A stretch of DNA of 64,000 nt, taken from Lama guanicoe. Taxonomy: Eukaryota. The notes beneath the pieces were generated by a model. It ran no database searches. It was not told the DNA's origin and worked only from the letters and a program-made list of their open reading frames with translations. Positions 38,770-51,589 of the stretch are shown piece after piece. The DNA is taken from contig MU054391.1 of assembly GCA_013239625.1 (NCBI GenBank), positions 4,483,824-4,547,823 of the forward strand, given 5' to 3'. How positions within the stretch are numbered: the stretch's first letter is position 1; each line of letters begins with the position of its first letter. A program made the position numbers and the translations under genes.

Positions 38770-38988
38770 AACAGTGGTTGCCACGGGGCAGGGGCGTGGG
38801 AAGCCACTGCTTACCGGGTACAGGTCTCCTTCTGGGGAGATGAGAACGCTTTGGACCTCAGTAGAGAAGGTGGAAGTTATACAGCATTGCGAATGGACTA
38901 AATGCCACTGAACTGTACACTCTGAAATGGTTAATGGCTAATTTTATGTTATGTCAATTTCACCTTAATTTTAAAAAGAAAGGAAAAA
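38770..38988 (+). mobile_element. L1MB 3' terminus
   Basis: 'cagtggttgccacgggg', 'gaatggactaaatgccactgaactgtacactctgaaatggttaa', 'ttttatgttatgtcaatttcacc', then A-rich tail. Confidence 0.88.
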
Positions 38989-39479
38989 GCTAATGGTAGC
39001 TGTGGGCTTAAATGGACCAGGAAAAGCACAACTGGTCAGAGGAACCCCCGGACTCAACGATGACCTTAAACTGACTTCAGGGTCAAAGCCAGCAGCCTGG
39101 CCACTACTGGGTCTCCCTGGCCCTTTCTCAGGCTATCTTCGCGGGCACAGAGTCCGGCCGCCCGATTCAGTGCTGCTTCGGTGCAGCTTGCTTGAGTCCC
39201 CCAGGGTCATCACATATTCAAACTTGAGAAAAGATGCTCACAGGCTGGTCTGTGCCTCGGGGCAAGACTTGGGGCCCAGGACAGATGGTGATTTGGGGAC
39301 CACCTTCAGAGGCATAAGGACAGAATTCCTGCAGGCCTTCCCTGTAGGGAAGATCTTCATATTCAAATGAAATAACTTAGGAGGGGATGGAACCTTAATC
39401 CTTCCTGTTCTGTTATTAGAAGACAGGACAGTTGTCGCCAACTCAGGCTCCGAGAAGCAGTGCAGCCCCTGCCCCCTGA

Positions 39480-39760
39480 GCCTCCCACCTGGCACTTTTT
39501 CTCAAAAGGAGATGGGGCAGCAGCAGATCCTGGTGCACCTGGGGGGGCGGGGGAGGGAGGCCCGCATCCAACAGGCACGCGGAAAGCGCGCAAGTGCGTT
39601 TTCAGCCAGGAGCCTACAGCTGGGCGCGGAGCGGGGCTCTCCAACAGCTACGCTGGGCTGGGGCGAGGCTGCTCCAGGGAGCTGGCCCAAGCCGCGCGGG
39701 AGCAGGCAGACGTCTCCAGATCCCAGACACAGTCACTAGAGCATCCTCCTCGCCTCCTGC
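39480..39760. promoter_or_regulatory. Small CpG-dense element (candidate enhancer or orphan CpG island)
   Basis: About 16 CpG in 39541-39720 by hand count; GC box GGGGCGGGG at 39544-39552; no repeat recognised. Confidence 0.4.
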
Positions 39761-41312
39761 ACAAACTGCGTTCAGAGGCTCTCCCTTTTTGTTGGTGCTG
39801 TTTAGCCAAGGCATTCTTGTGGTTAGAGCATTCATGCACTCAACAGATATTTTCTGGGGACCATCTATGCACCAGTCACTCGCCTGCTGGGACTCAGAAT
39901 GTGAAAATAAATTAAAAGTGGTCACTAAGCAGTTTGGAGGGGAGGAACTAGGTAAAATCACATATTTATAATACAGTGTGAGACCTGTCATAACAGAGCT
40001 GCCACGGGCCGTGGAGGAGGGTCCTCCCACCTCTGTCTGGGCGCCCGGGGTGACTGAGTCTTGAGATTTGGTAGAAAGGCAATCAACGTGATTTCTAAAT
40101 AGAGGTGATCGCCAGAATGCTGTGAATTGAAAAGGATGCATTTTAGAATATTTCAATTATTTTCTCAGTGCTGAGTTGTATTCTTCTTTTAAATGGGCTT
40201 AAATCACTCACGGAGAAAGAAACCAAGGAGAGAGGGAAAGAAAGGGGAAGGGAGAGGGGAGGAGGAGGGAAAAGAGAGTGAGTAATGACTCTGTTCTAAC
40301 TTCATTATATACAGAGGGGTCAGAGAGCAAAGAAACGTAGGGATGACCTTGTGATGAGTGTAAGTGAGATAACCAGGGATAGAAAAACTTTAAGAATTTA
40401 ATCAAGTGGTTCCAGGCCAATTAACAGCCAGGACATCGAGACTGTGTGTGTGTGTGTGTATGTGTGTCATGTACATGGAACTGACTAACTCACGTGATGA
40501 TCCTCTTCCAGAATGTGTCTTTTCATCCTATTCTGCAGCTACATAAGGCTCTAGAAACTATTTTTCCAAAGCAGCAAAGCCACCAGACTGTTAAGGAGCC
40601 TAAAAACTAAAACAAGGCAATAAAAGCTATGACAAGATAGCTGGGGGATTGAGAAGAAAACACCCAAGGGAGGCATGGAGGCTGACCGCTGACCTCTACC
40701 AAGACAGTGCCGTGTAGTTACTGAACCACGACAGTTAGAAGAGGTGTCGGAAGTGAATGCCTCCTGGAGGACCAAGCTTTATGTCCATCCAAAGATGATC
40801 AAAAAGAGGTCAGGGGTCATCTGCCTCCAGGGGTGGTACACAAGGCCAAGTGGAACCCCAGTTCTGAGACCACTTTTAATTCTTAATGCTATGATTCTTT
40901 GATTCTGTCTATATTCATATCTTTGGGTCATCTAAGCAGAAATTCTATAGCCTCAAATTTCACCCAAAATAAAAGTCTACAACTAAACATTATTTTCATG
41001 GGTGGCTTATTTCTGAAGGTGACTGTCTCTGAAGATACAGATGGAGCCATCACTGTTGTTAAAAATTTCCATGACAAGGGGGAACACCTTATACTTTATG
41101 AAAATTCCGTTAAGATTTGGAAGTACTTAAAATATGCTGGTTGAGTGGAGAGCCTGCCTTCCCTCACCTCCAAATTTCAACGGATCCAGAGTTCAATCAG
41201 AAATGTCCCCCCAGCCGCCCGGGTAGCTCTCTGGTACAACTTCCAGCCTCGGTCGAGATGCCACACTCTGTAGCAATGGAAAAGGCTCCCCCTTCAGAAG
41301 AACCATTGTCTG

Positions 41313-41452
41313 NNNNNNNNNNNNNNNNNNNNNNNNNNNNNNNNNNNNNNNNNNNNNNNNNNNNNNNNNNNNNNNNNNNNNNNNNNNNNNNNNNNNNNNN
41401 NNNNNNNNNNNNNNNNNNNNNNNNNNNNNNNNNNNNNNNNNNNNNNNNNNNN
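41313..41452. other. Assembly gap (N run)
   Basis: 140 N. Confidence 1.
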
Positions 41453-43774
41453 CTCAATAACTGCAGAGACGTGAGCTCCAGAACAGCAATTACTAAGCTG
41501 CGCTGCCTTGTGTGAGATTTCACTTTTATTTATTATATTTAAAGCCACTCTCTAACTCTGTACAGTACAGACAGCATTGTCTATTCCAGGCACCGCTGCT
41601 CACAAGGGCATCTCCAGCTCACTCTCGTCCACGAAGGTGCTTTCCGGGAGGCAGAAGACCTCTCTCGCAGCCACGTGAGCACAGCCTGGATGGCCGTGCT
41701 GCCCCCAGAGGCACCTCTCCTTTGTCCATCATTGGAAGAAACCGTTCTCATTTTCAACTCCAACTTGGCTTATCACACACAGCTCGCAACTCAGATGATG
41801 CTTCTTTTTTTTTTTTATCAGTGGAGATATCGGTAATTATAATTGGCAGGCTGAGGAAGAAAGTTATAAATATCTCATCAGCTGCCACCGAGCAGAGAAG
41901 TGGGGGGGACGAGGTGGCAGCCTACGCCTCTGAAAGGGGCCGATGGGGGAAGACGGATCCTCGCGGCCATTGTCACCAGCCAACATCTGTTTCTTATAGT
42001 GAGGGATGATTTTCATAGAATCACAGAAATTAGAGATAGAAAGGGCCTATTAGGTCATGCAGCTCTCTGCCAGTGCAGAATTCTCCTCCACAGGAAAGAC
42101 TACCTCTTTGTTCTCATGGAAAGTCCTGGTCTTCACGGACGGTTTCCCGTTGGAAGGTAACTTTAAAGGGACTCCCGAGGTAAAGGAGTTGAAAAATTAT
42201 AAAAAAACCAAACTGTGCAACAATAGCCTTTTATATGTTTGTAAGACATGGCAAGACCGAATGCTACAGAGCCTCGGACAAATTCCGCCAGGAATATTCA
42301 AACTTGATTTAGGGGAAATTTGGACTCCCCCCCCACCACCACCATCCTCAGAAAAAAGAAGGAAAAAAGGACTGGCCGGGCAGTAATTGAAGTTATTTTT
42401 AATCCAGTTCTAAAATGATTTCCAAAACTTGAGCTCCCTGGGGTTCGACATATTTTTGAGTGATCATCATTCAATTTTTTCATGTAATGCTAGCCTAGTC
42501 CATCTTCTGACTTACTGAACAAATTAATTTCTGTTTTTGAAGCAAACTTTCCATCCAATATGTCCAATATCACTTTTGCCCTCTCAAACTCCACTTCCAA
42601 ATGTTTGTTTATCTTCCCTTTATCCGACTTGGTTTATCAGCATCACCAGGAAACACGTTTGTCAGGGTGTTGACTTGGCTTCCAGCTCTGATTCACGTAT
42701 TTTTTTCTTTGGTGGAAACTTTACCTTGAGAAAAGCTCCAATGTTTAGCCTACAACCCATACTTTCTAATCAATAGGAACCAGAGCTTAGCTCTGCTATC
42801 ACGGCCCCCTTTCTCTAACGCTGGTGGTAACTAACGCCACCAACTTCAGACACGTTTGCGATATTCTGCTCACCAGATATGACTCAGGAAACGCCAGCTC
42901 AAAAAGTGGGATTTCGCCTTTCAGAGGTATGTGGTCCAAAACAACGAGCAAGAGAGAATGTTCTCTGAATCCAGTCAGGAACACCAGCCAACTGGCATGT
43001 GAACCATTCATTTCCCTTCTTCCATCCACAGACTGTCATCAGCCCGGGCCCGGTCCACTAGGGTCCAAAAAATATCATGACACAAGAGCAGTGCTTCTGG
43101 TAGTTTCCTGAAGAACGGCTTCTTTCCTGCCACTATGTCATCTTTTGTTTGAAAGCGTGGTGGTAACACGCCTTGGCATTAATATTTGTTGTTATTACCA
43201 TCAACAAAAGGTATTTAATTGGGAACCTATTTTCTATGTGACAGATAAAAGGCAGTTCCACAGTCAGAGCCCTTCTGCAGTAGGCAGTTTTGAGCGCCTA
43301 GCATCCACAAAGCACCGTGTGGGGAGAGGGCATAGAAAGCTGGTTACAATGCAGCCTCAGTCTTTGAAATAATCATAGTATGATGAGAGTCACAGAGACA
43401 AACGTCTGCTTGTGATCCAGTGACAAGAGAGAAAAGCGCAAAGCCAGAAGGGAGGACAGAGGGAGGACAGGGTGACTCACGTGCCATCTGGGGCACAGGG
43501 TGTGCCCTTGGGGACCAATAGCCTCACAGAGAGGACGGACCTGGGTGCATACGTTGTATGGCAGCCTCCTACGACCAATTCGTCACCAAGACCCAGAGAG
43601 GCAGGGTACTCATCAGAAACACGCTCCTGTTTAGTCTTAAACCAGAGTGACTTTAAATCGGGGCACTAAATCAGAATCAGGAGAAGCAAGTTTTGTCCGT
43701 CCTATCCCATGCCAGCCGAGTCACCCTGGGTGGGTCGCTCATTCATTCGCTCCACATATTTTTTAGTAAAGGCT

Positions 43775-43920
43775 TTCTTTTTTCATAGCGGTTTTAGTTT
43801 CCCAGAAAAATTGAGAAGGTGCAGAGATTTCTCGTAAACCTCCTACCCCTGCTCATGCAGGACCTCCCTATTACCAACATCGCCCCCTAGAGTGGCACCT
43901 TTGCTATAATTGATGAACCC
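43775..43920 (-). mobile_element. L1M 3' terminal fragment
   Basis: 'gcggttttagtttcccagaaaaattgagaaggtgcagagatttc...gagtggcacctttgctataattgatgaacc'. Confidence 0.75.
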
Positions 43921-43944
43921 ATATTTTTTTTTTTTTTGGAGTTA

Positions 43945-44220
43945 AGTATTTAACTAATACAAAAGAAGGCAAGGGACATATGGGACAAGTAGAAAACAAA
44001 TCACAAGATGGTAGATTTAGACCTAGATATATAAGCAATTACATTAAAAGTAAATGAACTAAATATTCCAATTAAATAAAACAAATATTGTTGGATTCAA
44101 TTTGTTAAAACTATGCGTTATTTACAAGAGACAAACTTTAAACGTAAAAACATAAAAGTGAAGGAACCAAAGGATATACCAAGAAAATTCTGACAACAAA
44201 ATGTTCAAGTAGTTACACTC
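43945..44220 (+). mobile_element. L1 fragment covering the start of ORF2 (endonuclease)
   Basis: 'attacattaaaagtaaatgaactaaatattccaattaaa' translates ITLKVNELNIPIK (~ITLNVNGLNxPIK); 'ttatttacaagagacaaacttt' gives YLQETNF (~CLQETH). Confidence 0.8.
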
Positions 44221-46799
44221 ACGGAAGCACCAGTATTCTCTATAGTAATCATCCACGGCTGTCATTTAACATGAGCCCCAGTTCCCCTAAAGTGGGGAAG
44301 GAAGTATCTGCTTTGTTGTGAGGGCCAAATCAGATGACACAACCAACCTGCGAAGTTTAATTCCAGTACATGGTGGAGAAATAGTCTCCTGAGTGGTTAT
44401 TTCCTAAATCTGTCAGTTTAATCAGTGTCTGATTATTTATACATGATCATACATGAAGACATTAGTGTGATGTGTTTCCAAGTCTCTTTTATTTTTAACC
44501 ATTGTCATGGATTTTTTCATTCATTCCTCAGATATTCAATGTCCACTTACTACGTGCGAGAGCCCCAGCAAGTACCGAGGGCGATACACAGACTCCTTTA
44601 AGCAAGCATTGTCTTAAAAGGGCTTAATTTCAGAGGAGGTGCTATGGTTACCTTTTTTGATGATTTGGATTGGTTCTGTGTCTAATTCTGCTAAGTTTCT
44701 TATGAAATTTAGAAACTTAGTCATAACAAACTACGTGGTCCTTCGAGGGTCACTCCAGGGCGGGATGGGCGTGAATGTCTTTTCTCACCTGTGCAGAAAC
44801 TGCCATCTCTCCCACTATGAATGGGCTGGCTCTTTTTGGGTAGTCTTGGCAATACACACCCAATCCGATTACCAAGAAGCTATGTTTGCTGCTTCTCAGA
44901 AATTTAAGTGAAAGGTGCCGCCATATTCAGCTGTCAACTTCCAAGGGATTTCCATCCACAATCAGTTTGGTCCTAATGTGTTGTCCACCTGGGATACCAT
45001 GCACAGCCCACAGACTCTCTTGTCTGAGGAACAGTATGACAAACTAGTGTTCTGATCTCCTATCTCCCTGCAGAAAATGCAGTCCACTCCAGACAACTCT
45101 GGCGCATGCCCTAACATCGTTCTTTTGTTGATTTCCAACTTCATTGACTTGCAGATAGTGTTTCCTGCTTCTTGCCTGTTGTTTCACCATCTTTGTTTTT
45201 CATGACGGAAACCTCAACTCCTTGCCTTTTAATGGCAAATGACTGCAAGGGGACCAGGTGATTCTGATCCAAGGGGACAGCAGGCAAACCTGAACTCTGG
45301 CTGAAGTTACAGAGACACTGCTCCACCATCCTACAGGCAAGAGCCTGGAAATTGACGTCTGCCGTCTATGATCATGTCACTTTTTTTCCTTGAACAGTTT
45401 CTTGGTTTCGTGCTATTTTCGGAATTAATTTTGAATTTCACAAAGGCAGGAACCATTCCTATTCCTCTTTTAACACCCTTTAAACCCGACAACCCCCTCA
45501 ATTCTGGACAGTGTCCGCTGAATACTTGAGAGGTGCTTTTGGACTGATCCCGCTGTGTTCCCACCATTTCTCTTTTGGGTTATAAGCTGGTGAGCTGTGC
45601 AGTCTGTCACCAAGGGACAGATGGAAGCCAACTCACCCGTGATGGAACTGGACCAACAATCTTTATTTTATTAGCACCACTCTCTAAATAACAGAAGTGA
45701 CCAGCCAGAAATAAATTAATACAGCATGGCCAAAGAGATATGCAATCCCAGAGGATTAGCGTTGTCACCGTGTTTCTTAGACTAAAGGATCAGATGACCT
45801 CCACCTGACGAGCCGTGCTACTTGGTAATTTGCAGTAAATTACTTAACATCTCGAGGCCTCAGTATCTTCATCTCTTTAAGAAGATGGTTGAAGAGCCCA
45901 CAGCCCAAGTTCCTCTTAGGTCTGAAATTCTTCGATTATATTTCTGTCAACAATCCCCAAACATTGATTGAACGGATGGAATGAGCTAAAAAGCAAAGGT
46001 TTATCGTTTAATTCATTTCTGTAAAAACGTATTTAAAATGTATTTTCTGGAAGGCACCATGCCAGGTGCTGGAGGAGCCCTCAGACAGGGTCTGGCAATG
46101 CTTTTGTCTCCAAGGAACGGGTGATTCTTCCCTCAATAGTGTCATAAATTATCGTAAAATTGAGTAAAAGCAGTAGGCTCGAGCAAAAGCATTTCTTCTG
46201 CAGTTGTGCTCCTTTCTTCTTGTAATCAACACAACTGACGTGCAATTGCACAAGGCTTTGTCCCTGAGGGCGGTCAGGTCTCCCTTCCCGCATCTAATGC
46301 CGCTCCCCCTCCCACTCGCAGGACACAGACACCTTCTGCAGCGCAGCAAACCCACTGGTCCAGCCTCTTCTCACGCTGCACCTCTTCCGCGGGGCACTTT
46401 CTCCCCCTGCTTCTCCCATGACACTATTTACCCCAGGAGCTCCACCACCTCCCTTGGCTCCCACTGGACCCAGAGCCTCCCTCCTCTGTGCTCCGTTGCC
46501 CTGGGCCTGACCTCCACTCCAGCAAGATCATGGCATTGGAATTGGTGTTCAGGTGAGGATTTCCCTCCAGGAGCTGGGTTTTCCAGGACAGGAGCTGCCT
46601 TTCCAATTAAGGGGTACCTGTGTCCACCTCACTACAGATGTGCATACAGACCTCTCAGAAAACATTTGCTCTTTACCTGCCCGTGGCCAAGGGCTGCAGA
46701 TTCCTTCATAGCTTTGTCTTTTGTAAACTTATTACTGAAGAAAAGTCAACCCAGGCCTTGCAGAGTGTGTGCATAAATTGAATTAATTAGCACTGGATT

Positions 46800-47480
46800 C
46801 AGCACGATTATTCACAGGTTGACCTCTTACTCTGTGCCAGGCTCTGCTCTATGAACTTCAACTGTCATAACTCATTTATCCTCCAAATAACCCAATGAGG
46901 AAGTGTTATAGTGTAGTAGGCTTCTCCAGGCGATATAATGTCCAATAGGACATTATACATCCTATTGAGAGAGAAAAAGAGATTTTAAGAAATTGGCTTG
47001 TGCAATTGTGGGGACTGGCAAGTCTGATTTCTGGAAGGTAGGTTGACAGGCTAGAGACCCAGGGAATATCTGATGCTGCAGATTGAGTCTCAAGGCCATT
47101 TGCTGGCAGAATTCCCTCTCCCTGAAGGAGATCAGTCTTTTCTGTCAAGGCCTTCGTCTGCTTAGACGAGGCCCACCCACATTATGAAGAAGAATCTGTT
47201 TTACTCAAAGTCTGCTGATTTAAATGTTAATCTCATCTAGAAAATATCTTTAGAGCAACATCTAGCCTGATATTTGACCAAATGTCTGTGTGCCATGATC
47301 TAGCCAAGTTAACACAAGCAATTAACAGTCACAGAAAAGTACCACTGTTACCCTCATTTTACAGAAGGAGAAAGGAAGGTACAGGTTGCTGAAGTAACTG
47401 GCCCAAGCCCAGTGGTGAAGTGGAGCACAAATGAGATTTGAACTGGACAGTTGTCCTAAGAGCCTATGTTCTTAAGCCCT
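46800..47480 (-). mobile_element. MIR split by an LTR insertion
   Basis: Left half 'cttactctgtgccaggctctgctct...aactcatttatcctccaaataacccaatgagg' resumes after 47333 as 'ccctcattttacagaaggag...gaagtaactggcccaag'. Confidence 0.75.
46904..47333 (-). mobile_element. MLT2 (MLT2D-like) solo LTR
   Basis: 'aagaaattggcttgtgcaattgtggggactggcaagtctga', 'gaggcccacccacattatg', 'ttactcaaagtctgctgatttaaatgttaatc', end 'tagccaagttaacacaagcaattaacagtcaca'. Confidence 0.9.
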
Positions 47481-47959
47481 GAGCCCGGCCACCTTTCTAC
47501 GAATCACATCCCGGTATCTGATACTTTGCCATGAGGTTGCATAAGGCGAAGAGTAGGAAATGAGCCACCTCTCTCTGCTGTTGTCTGAGGGGCGACGCCA
47601 TGGTCACAGTCACGGTCAGCATCAGGACGACCACGTATGGCCACATGATTCCAAGCCCAGCATCGGCCTCGACCATCACTGGGCCCTGCGAGACTGACGG
47701 GAAGGGGCTGCCTCTGGAGGCTTCTGGTTCGTCTGTTTGTTTTTGCTTTTGTTTTTGGAGAGAGAGAGTGTGTGTGCGCGTGTGCATGTGTGTGTGTTCC
47801 TGTGCGTGATTCCGGAGAAGTCTGCTCGGGGCCCCCTGGGGACACCAGTGATGGATTTCTCTATTTCACCATTTATAACTGCTTCCTGCTGCCTAGGGCA
47901 GGATCCTAAGTGGGTCCTGCACTTTTCCCAAAACTCCAAAATAGTGTCAGTTTGCTGTA

Positions 47960-48190
47960 AAAGTTAAAAGGACTGGCTCTGAATTCAAAGAAAATGGGGT
48001 TGGAATCCCACCTCTGTCTTTATTGGCTAAATACTCTTGAGCAAGTTATGTAACCCCCAAGTTCCAGTGTCTTCCACACAATGGATGTCCACTTGGGAGG
48101 TCATTGTGGGGACTTGGAAGCGATGAAGCAAGCAAGGGCTGCAGCCCAGTGCCTGGTGGCGTGGAGGCCTATTTAATAGGTGTTAGCCCT
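47960..48190 (+). mobile_element. MIR
   Basis: 'tggctctgaattc...gggttggaatcccacctctg...cttgagcaagttatgtaacc...cccagtgcctgg'. Confidence 0.65.
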
Positions 48191-49059
48191 GATTTTGAAG
48201 GATAATTAATGCTTTGCTGTTAATATTTCCTCATTAAAAATCTCTGTAACAGGAAAAAATGCCGAACCAAAGCAATGTCTTCATTAAGACTTTCCATACG
48301 CTTCGTGGGCTGCAAAATAGAATGATCTGAAGGTTCGCTCTGACCAAGAACCTGTCCAGCTGGACCTCCCTTGCTTTTCCCACTGCCAGCCTTCGGTGGC
48401 CGACGTCACCCCAGGCCACCAGCCCAGATGCAGCCCTTCACATCCTTTCCCCATGCAGTGATCACCCACCTCAGTGACTCATTCTTCTGATAGGAGAGTG
48501 GGCCCCGTGGAGACCATGCAGAGCGTGGTGACTGTCACCATTGTCCTGGTAGAGGCTACTTGTCCCCCAGTTTTCCCGTATTTGTTCCAGGAAGAAAACA
48601 TTGTAAGTGATCTTCCATGGGGCACTGACTTGACCCAGGCCCTGCAAATAAAGTGACTGTATCTTCAAGGGCCCTGAGGTCATTTCAAGTGGATGAACTT
48701 TGGCCCAAAGCTTAATGCATTTCAGCCGTCATGTAGGCTCCACATTTGCTGGGACTGCAGTTCCTCTGTTTGACAGACAACAGTTACAAACCCAGTGACA
48801 GTAAGCCCCCCTCATGTCCCCTTTATTTTATTTTCCAGTCTCCGGGTGAAGACCGCACCTCTCACCTCGCAGCTATGGTGGAACTCGGGGAACCTTGCCA
48901 TCGACATGGACCTCCCAGGAAATGATGCACATTCCCCGAATTCTTTCCGTGGCAGCGCAAACACCGAAGTGTGGAGCAGCAGGCGGGGGGCAGGGGGCAG
49001 GGGGCAGAGACAGCTCCCTGTGTCGGAGTTGCTGGGGGTCAGACACCCTTGATGTTTGA

Positions 49060-49645
49060 CAAATTAAGAGTGGAGCACCTACTTTGTGGCAGGAAATGTG
49101 CTCTGTGCTGGATTTACAGCCGTGCACGAGACACCCTGCCCCGTCCCGCAGGGCTCCCCCACTTTCTCAGGAAGAGACAGTTCACCACTGTAATGGCCAC
49201 TGTCACACACGCCACACAGGAGAAGGGCAGGATGTGAGAGGACACAAAACCCTGGGCTGATTTGGGGGCGCTGAACTCAGTCTGGCAGGTTGTTAGAAGC
49301 TGCCCTTCTAAGGTGAGATTTTAGTTGAACTCTGAAGTGTGATTAAGAAGGAGCTTGGTAAAGGAGAATCCAAAAGAGCTTCGCAGACTGAGCTGGGAGG
49401 TGGGAGAAGCTCATTGAATTCCAGGAACTAAAAGACATGCCTAGTGGCTGGCTAACCAAGGAGAGAAACACAGCTGAGGCCGAGGGCAAAAACCAGGGCA
49501 CACGGGGCCTGGAGACCGCCGTCATGATTTTTCATTTCATCCCACAAGGCAGGGAAGCCACTGAAGTTTTAAGAAAGGGGTGAGAAGGTCAGATTTATCT
49601 TCCAAAAGTTGATTCTGGCAAATGGAGAAGGAAATAGCAGGAGGC
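49060..49645 (-). mobile_element. L2 fragment
   Basis: 'gagcacctactttgtggcagg', 'agggaagccactgaagttttaagaaaggggtgagaaggtcagattt'. Confidence 0.65.
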
Positions 49646-49659
49646 AAGAGTAGATGAGA

Positions 49660-50080
49660 TTCAAACAGAAACGTTCATGGCGATGCTTCTGGTGGCATCA
49701 CTCACAATAACCAAGAGGCGGAAAGAACCCAAGTGTCCACCAACCGGTGATCAGGTACGGACCATGCGGTGGAATATTACTCAGACATAAATAAGGGGGA
49801 GCGCCGACGTGCACTACAGCGTGAATGAACTTCAGAATCATCATTCTTGGTGGAAGAAGCCAGACACAAAAGGTCACATATTGTGATGATCCACTGATAT
49901 GAAACAGAAAGAGCAGACAAGCCTAAAAACACAGTTATCAGGGGCTGGGGGCGGGAGCGGAGGCATGCCTTAACAGGCGTGGATTTTCCACACTTAGCAA
50001 GTATGGTGATGGGAAATTCTGGACCCGGATAATGATGATGGTTGCAGAAGGCTGTGAACATACTTAGTACCACTGAATTT
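49660..50080 (+). mobile_element. L1MB/MC 3' fragment
   Basis: 'cacaataaccaagaggcggaaagaacccaagtgtccacc', 'gaagaagccagacacaaaaggtcacatattgt', 'tgtgaacatacttagtaccactgaatt'. Confidence 0.85.
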
Positions 50081-50269
50081 TCTGCTTCTCCGGCGCCAGG
50101 TCCCCCTTCCCCTGAGGCAGCATCATCTTTTCTTCAACCGCACTTACTCTCCCCAACTCGGTTCAAGCCTGGCCGCTCACTGGGGGCAGCTATGGGGATG
50201 CCAGGCAGAGCTGCTCTTTCACGTTAGTTGTGTGGGGAACATCATTGGACTAATAACCTCTTAATGAAC

Positions 50270-50480
50270 ACGGAGCGTCAGTGTTTGCAGAATATGCTCC
50301 CATCTATTACAGTAGATCTCCATTCAGCAATCCTTGAAGTAGATATTATTAACGCCGTCTTACAGATGAGCAAATTGGGTTCAGAGAGGTTAATTAACTT
50401 GTTTAAAATCCCACTGCAAACACAAATCAGACCAAAAATTGGAATGCAAGTCTTTGGCCCACAAGCCCTATATTCTTCTT
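50270..50480 (-). mobile_element. MIR
   Basis: 'gtagatattattaacgccgtcttacagatgagcaaattgggttcagagaggttaattaacttg'. Confidence 0.75.
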
Positions 50481-51589
50481 ACAATATTACCGCTGCCATC
50501 CTGGGAAAACAGATTTCCTCGTCTCGATCCCGTCTGTACCCCAATGATGTGATAATTCTGTCTCCCTTTACACAGAAAGACAAAGCGGTCCAAACTACTC
50601 ACAAAACGCAGTGCTTTTGCCTGACTACAAAGCATCTAACACTTGACCACATGTTCTATTGGGTTCTTAGTTGGAAAACATTACAAATATTTTCCAATTG
50701 TTTCCTTTGTAAGGTCTCCAAGCTAGAAGCAAATCTCCTTGAGTTCATTGCAAGAGATTGTGTGTGTGCAATGGTGTGTGTGTTCTGATGCCCTTAATCC
50801 CAAAAAGGCCTGTCCTGTCCCTAAGCACATCACAGGGCTATGGTAAATGCTTGTTGACATGAAAATGAAATTAATATGAGCTCACTTAAATTTTACAAAT
50901 AACACTTGTACAGACTATGTGACATTTTGGAGAGAGCCAATCATCCAAACTTCAAGATGAATGCAGACCTGTAGGCTCCTCACCGACCTCAGAAAAGGGA
51001 AATACTGGCCCCCACCCTAGACAATGCTTGGTTCATCTCAGAGCACCGTGTGGAGCGTGGCTGCACACGGCACTGAAATTGACCTGGACTCAGTTTTCCG
51101 ATTGTAAGTCAATGGCTTCTGCCCTCGTTGCACAGAAGATGAAGGGGAAAGTTAGTGCTACCAGGAGCAAGGAGAGAGGAGAGGGGACCACCAGCAACCA
51201 GTAAGCCACTTGCCCCTCTGATCCCAGCATCTTGTCTCTGGGAACTTGGCTCCCAGGGACCAGCTAAAGGAATGAGGCTGTGAAGCCAAGGAGAGATTGG
51301 TGGCCAGAGCTGGACACGACTATTCGGTCCATGTTACCACGACAACCAAGAGTTATCACGGAAGGGGCGACAGTCAGAGAGCAGAAGAAACCCAAAGCAA
51401 CATGAAGACAGAATTAAAAGAAAGGGATTTAAGGAAACCACAGACAAACTCCGAGGTAAGAGAATAAGAAGGAGGTGGACTGCAGAGAAACTCCACAAAG
51501 TTCACACACGCGAGTGATCTTGTCCTGCCTTTGGTGGGTCACTCACTGTGAAGGTTACACTGGCCATTTCAGAAAGAGGAACCAGTGGA

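Noticed and set aside
46204-46776. 190-aa ORF, and the 184-aa ORF at 54342-54896
   Set aside because: Non-ATG starts and pyrimidine-rich low-complexity sequence giving P/S/L-rich translations.
50228-50788. 186-aa ORF
   Set aside because: Non-ATG start, and the N-terminal half is an antisense MIR.
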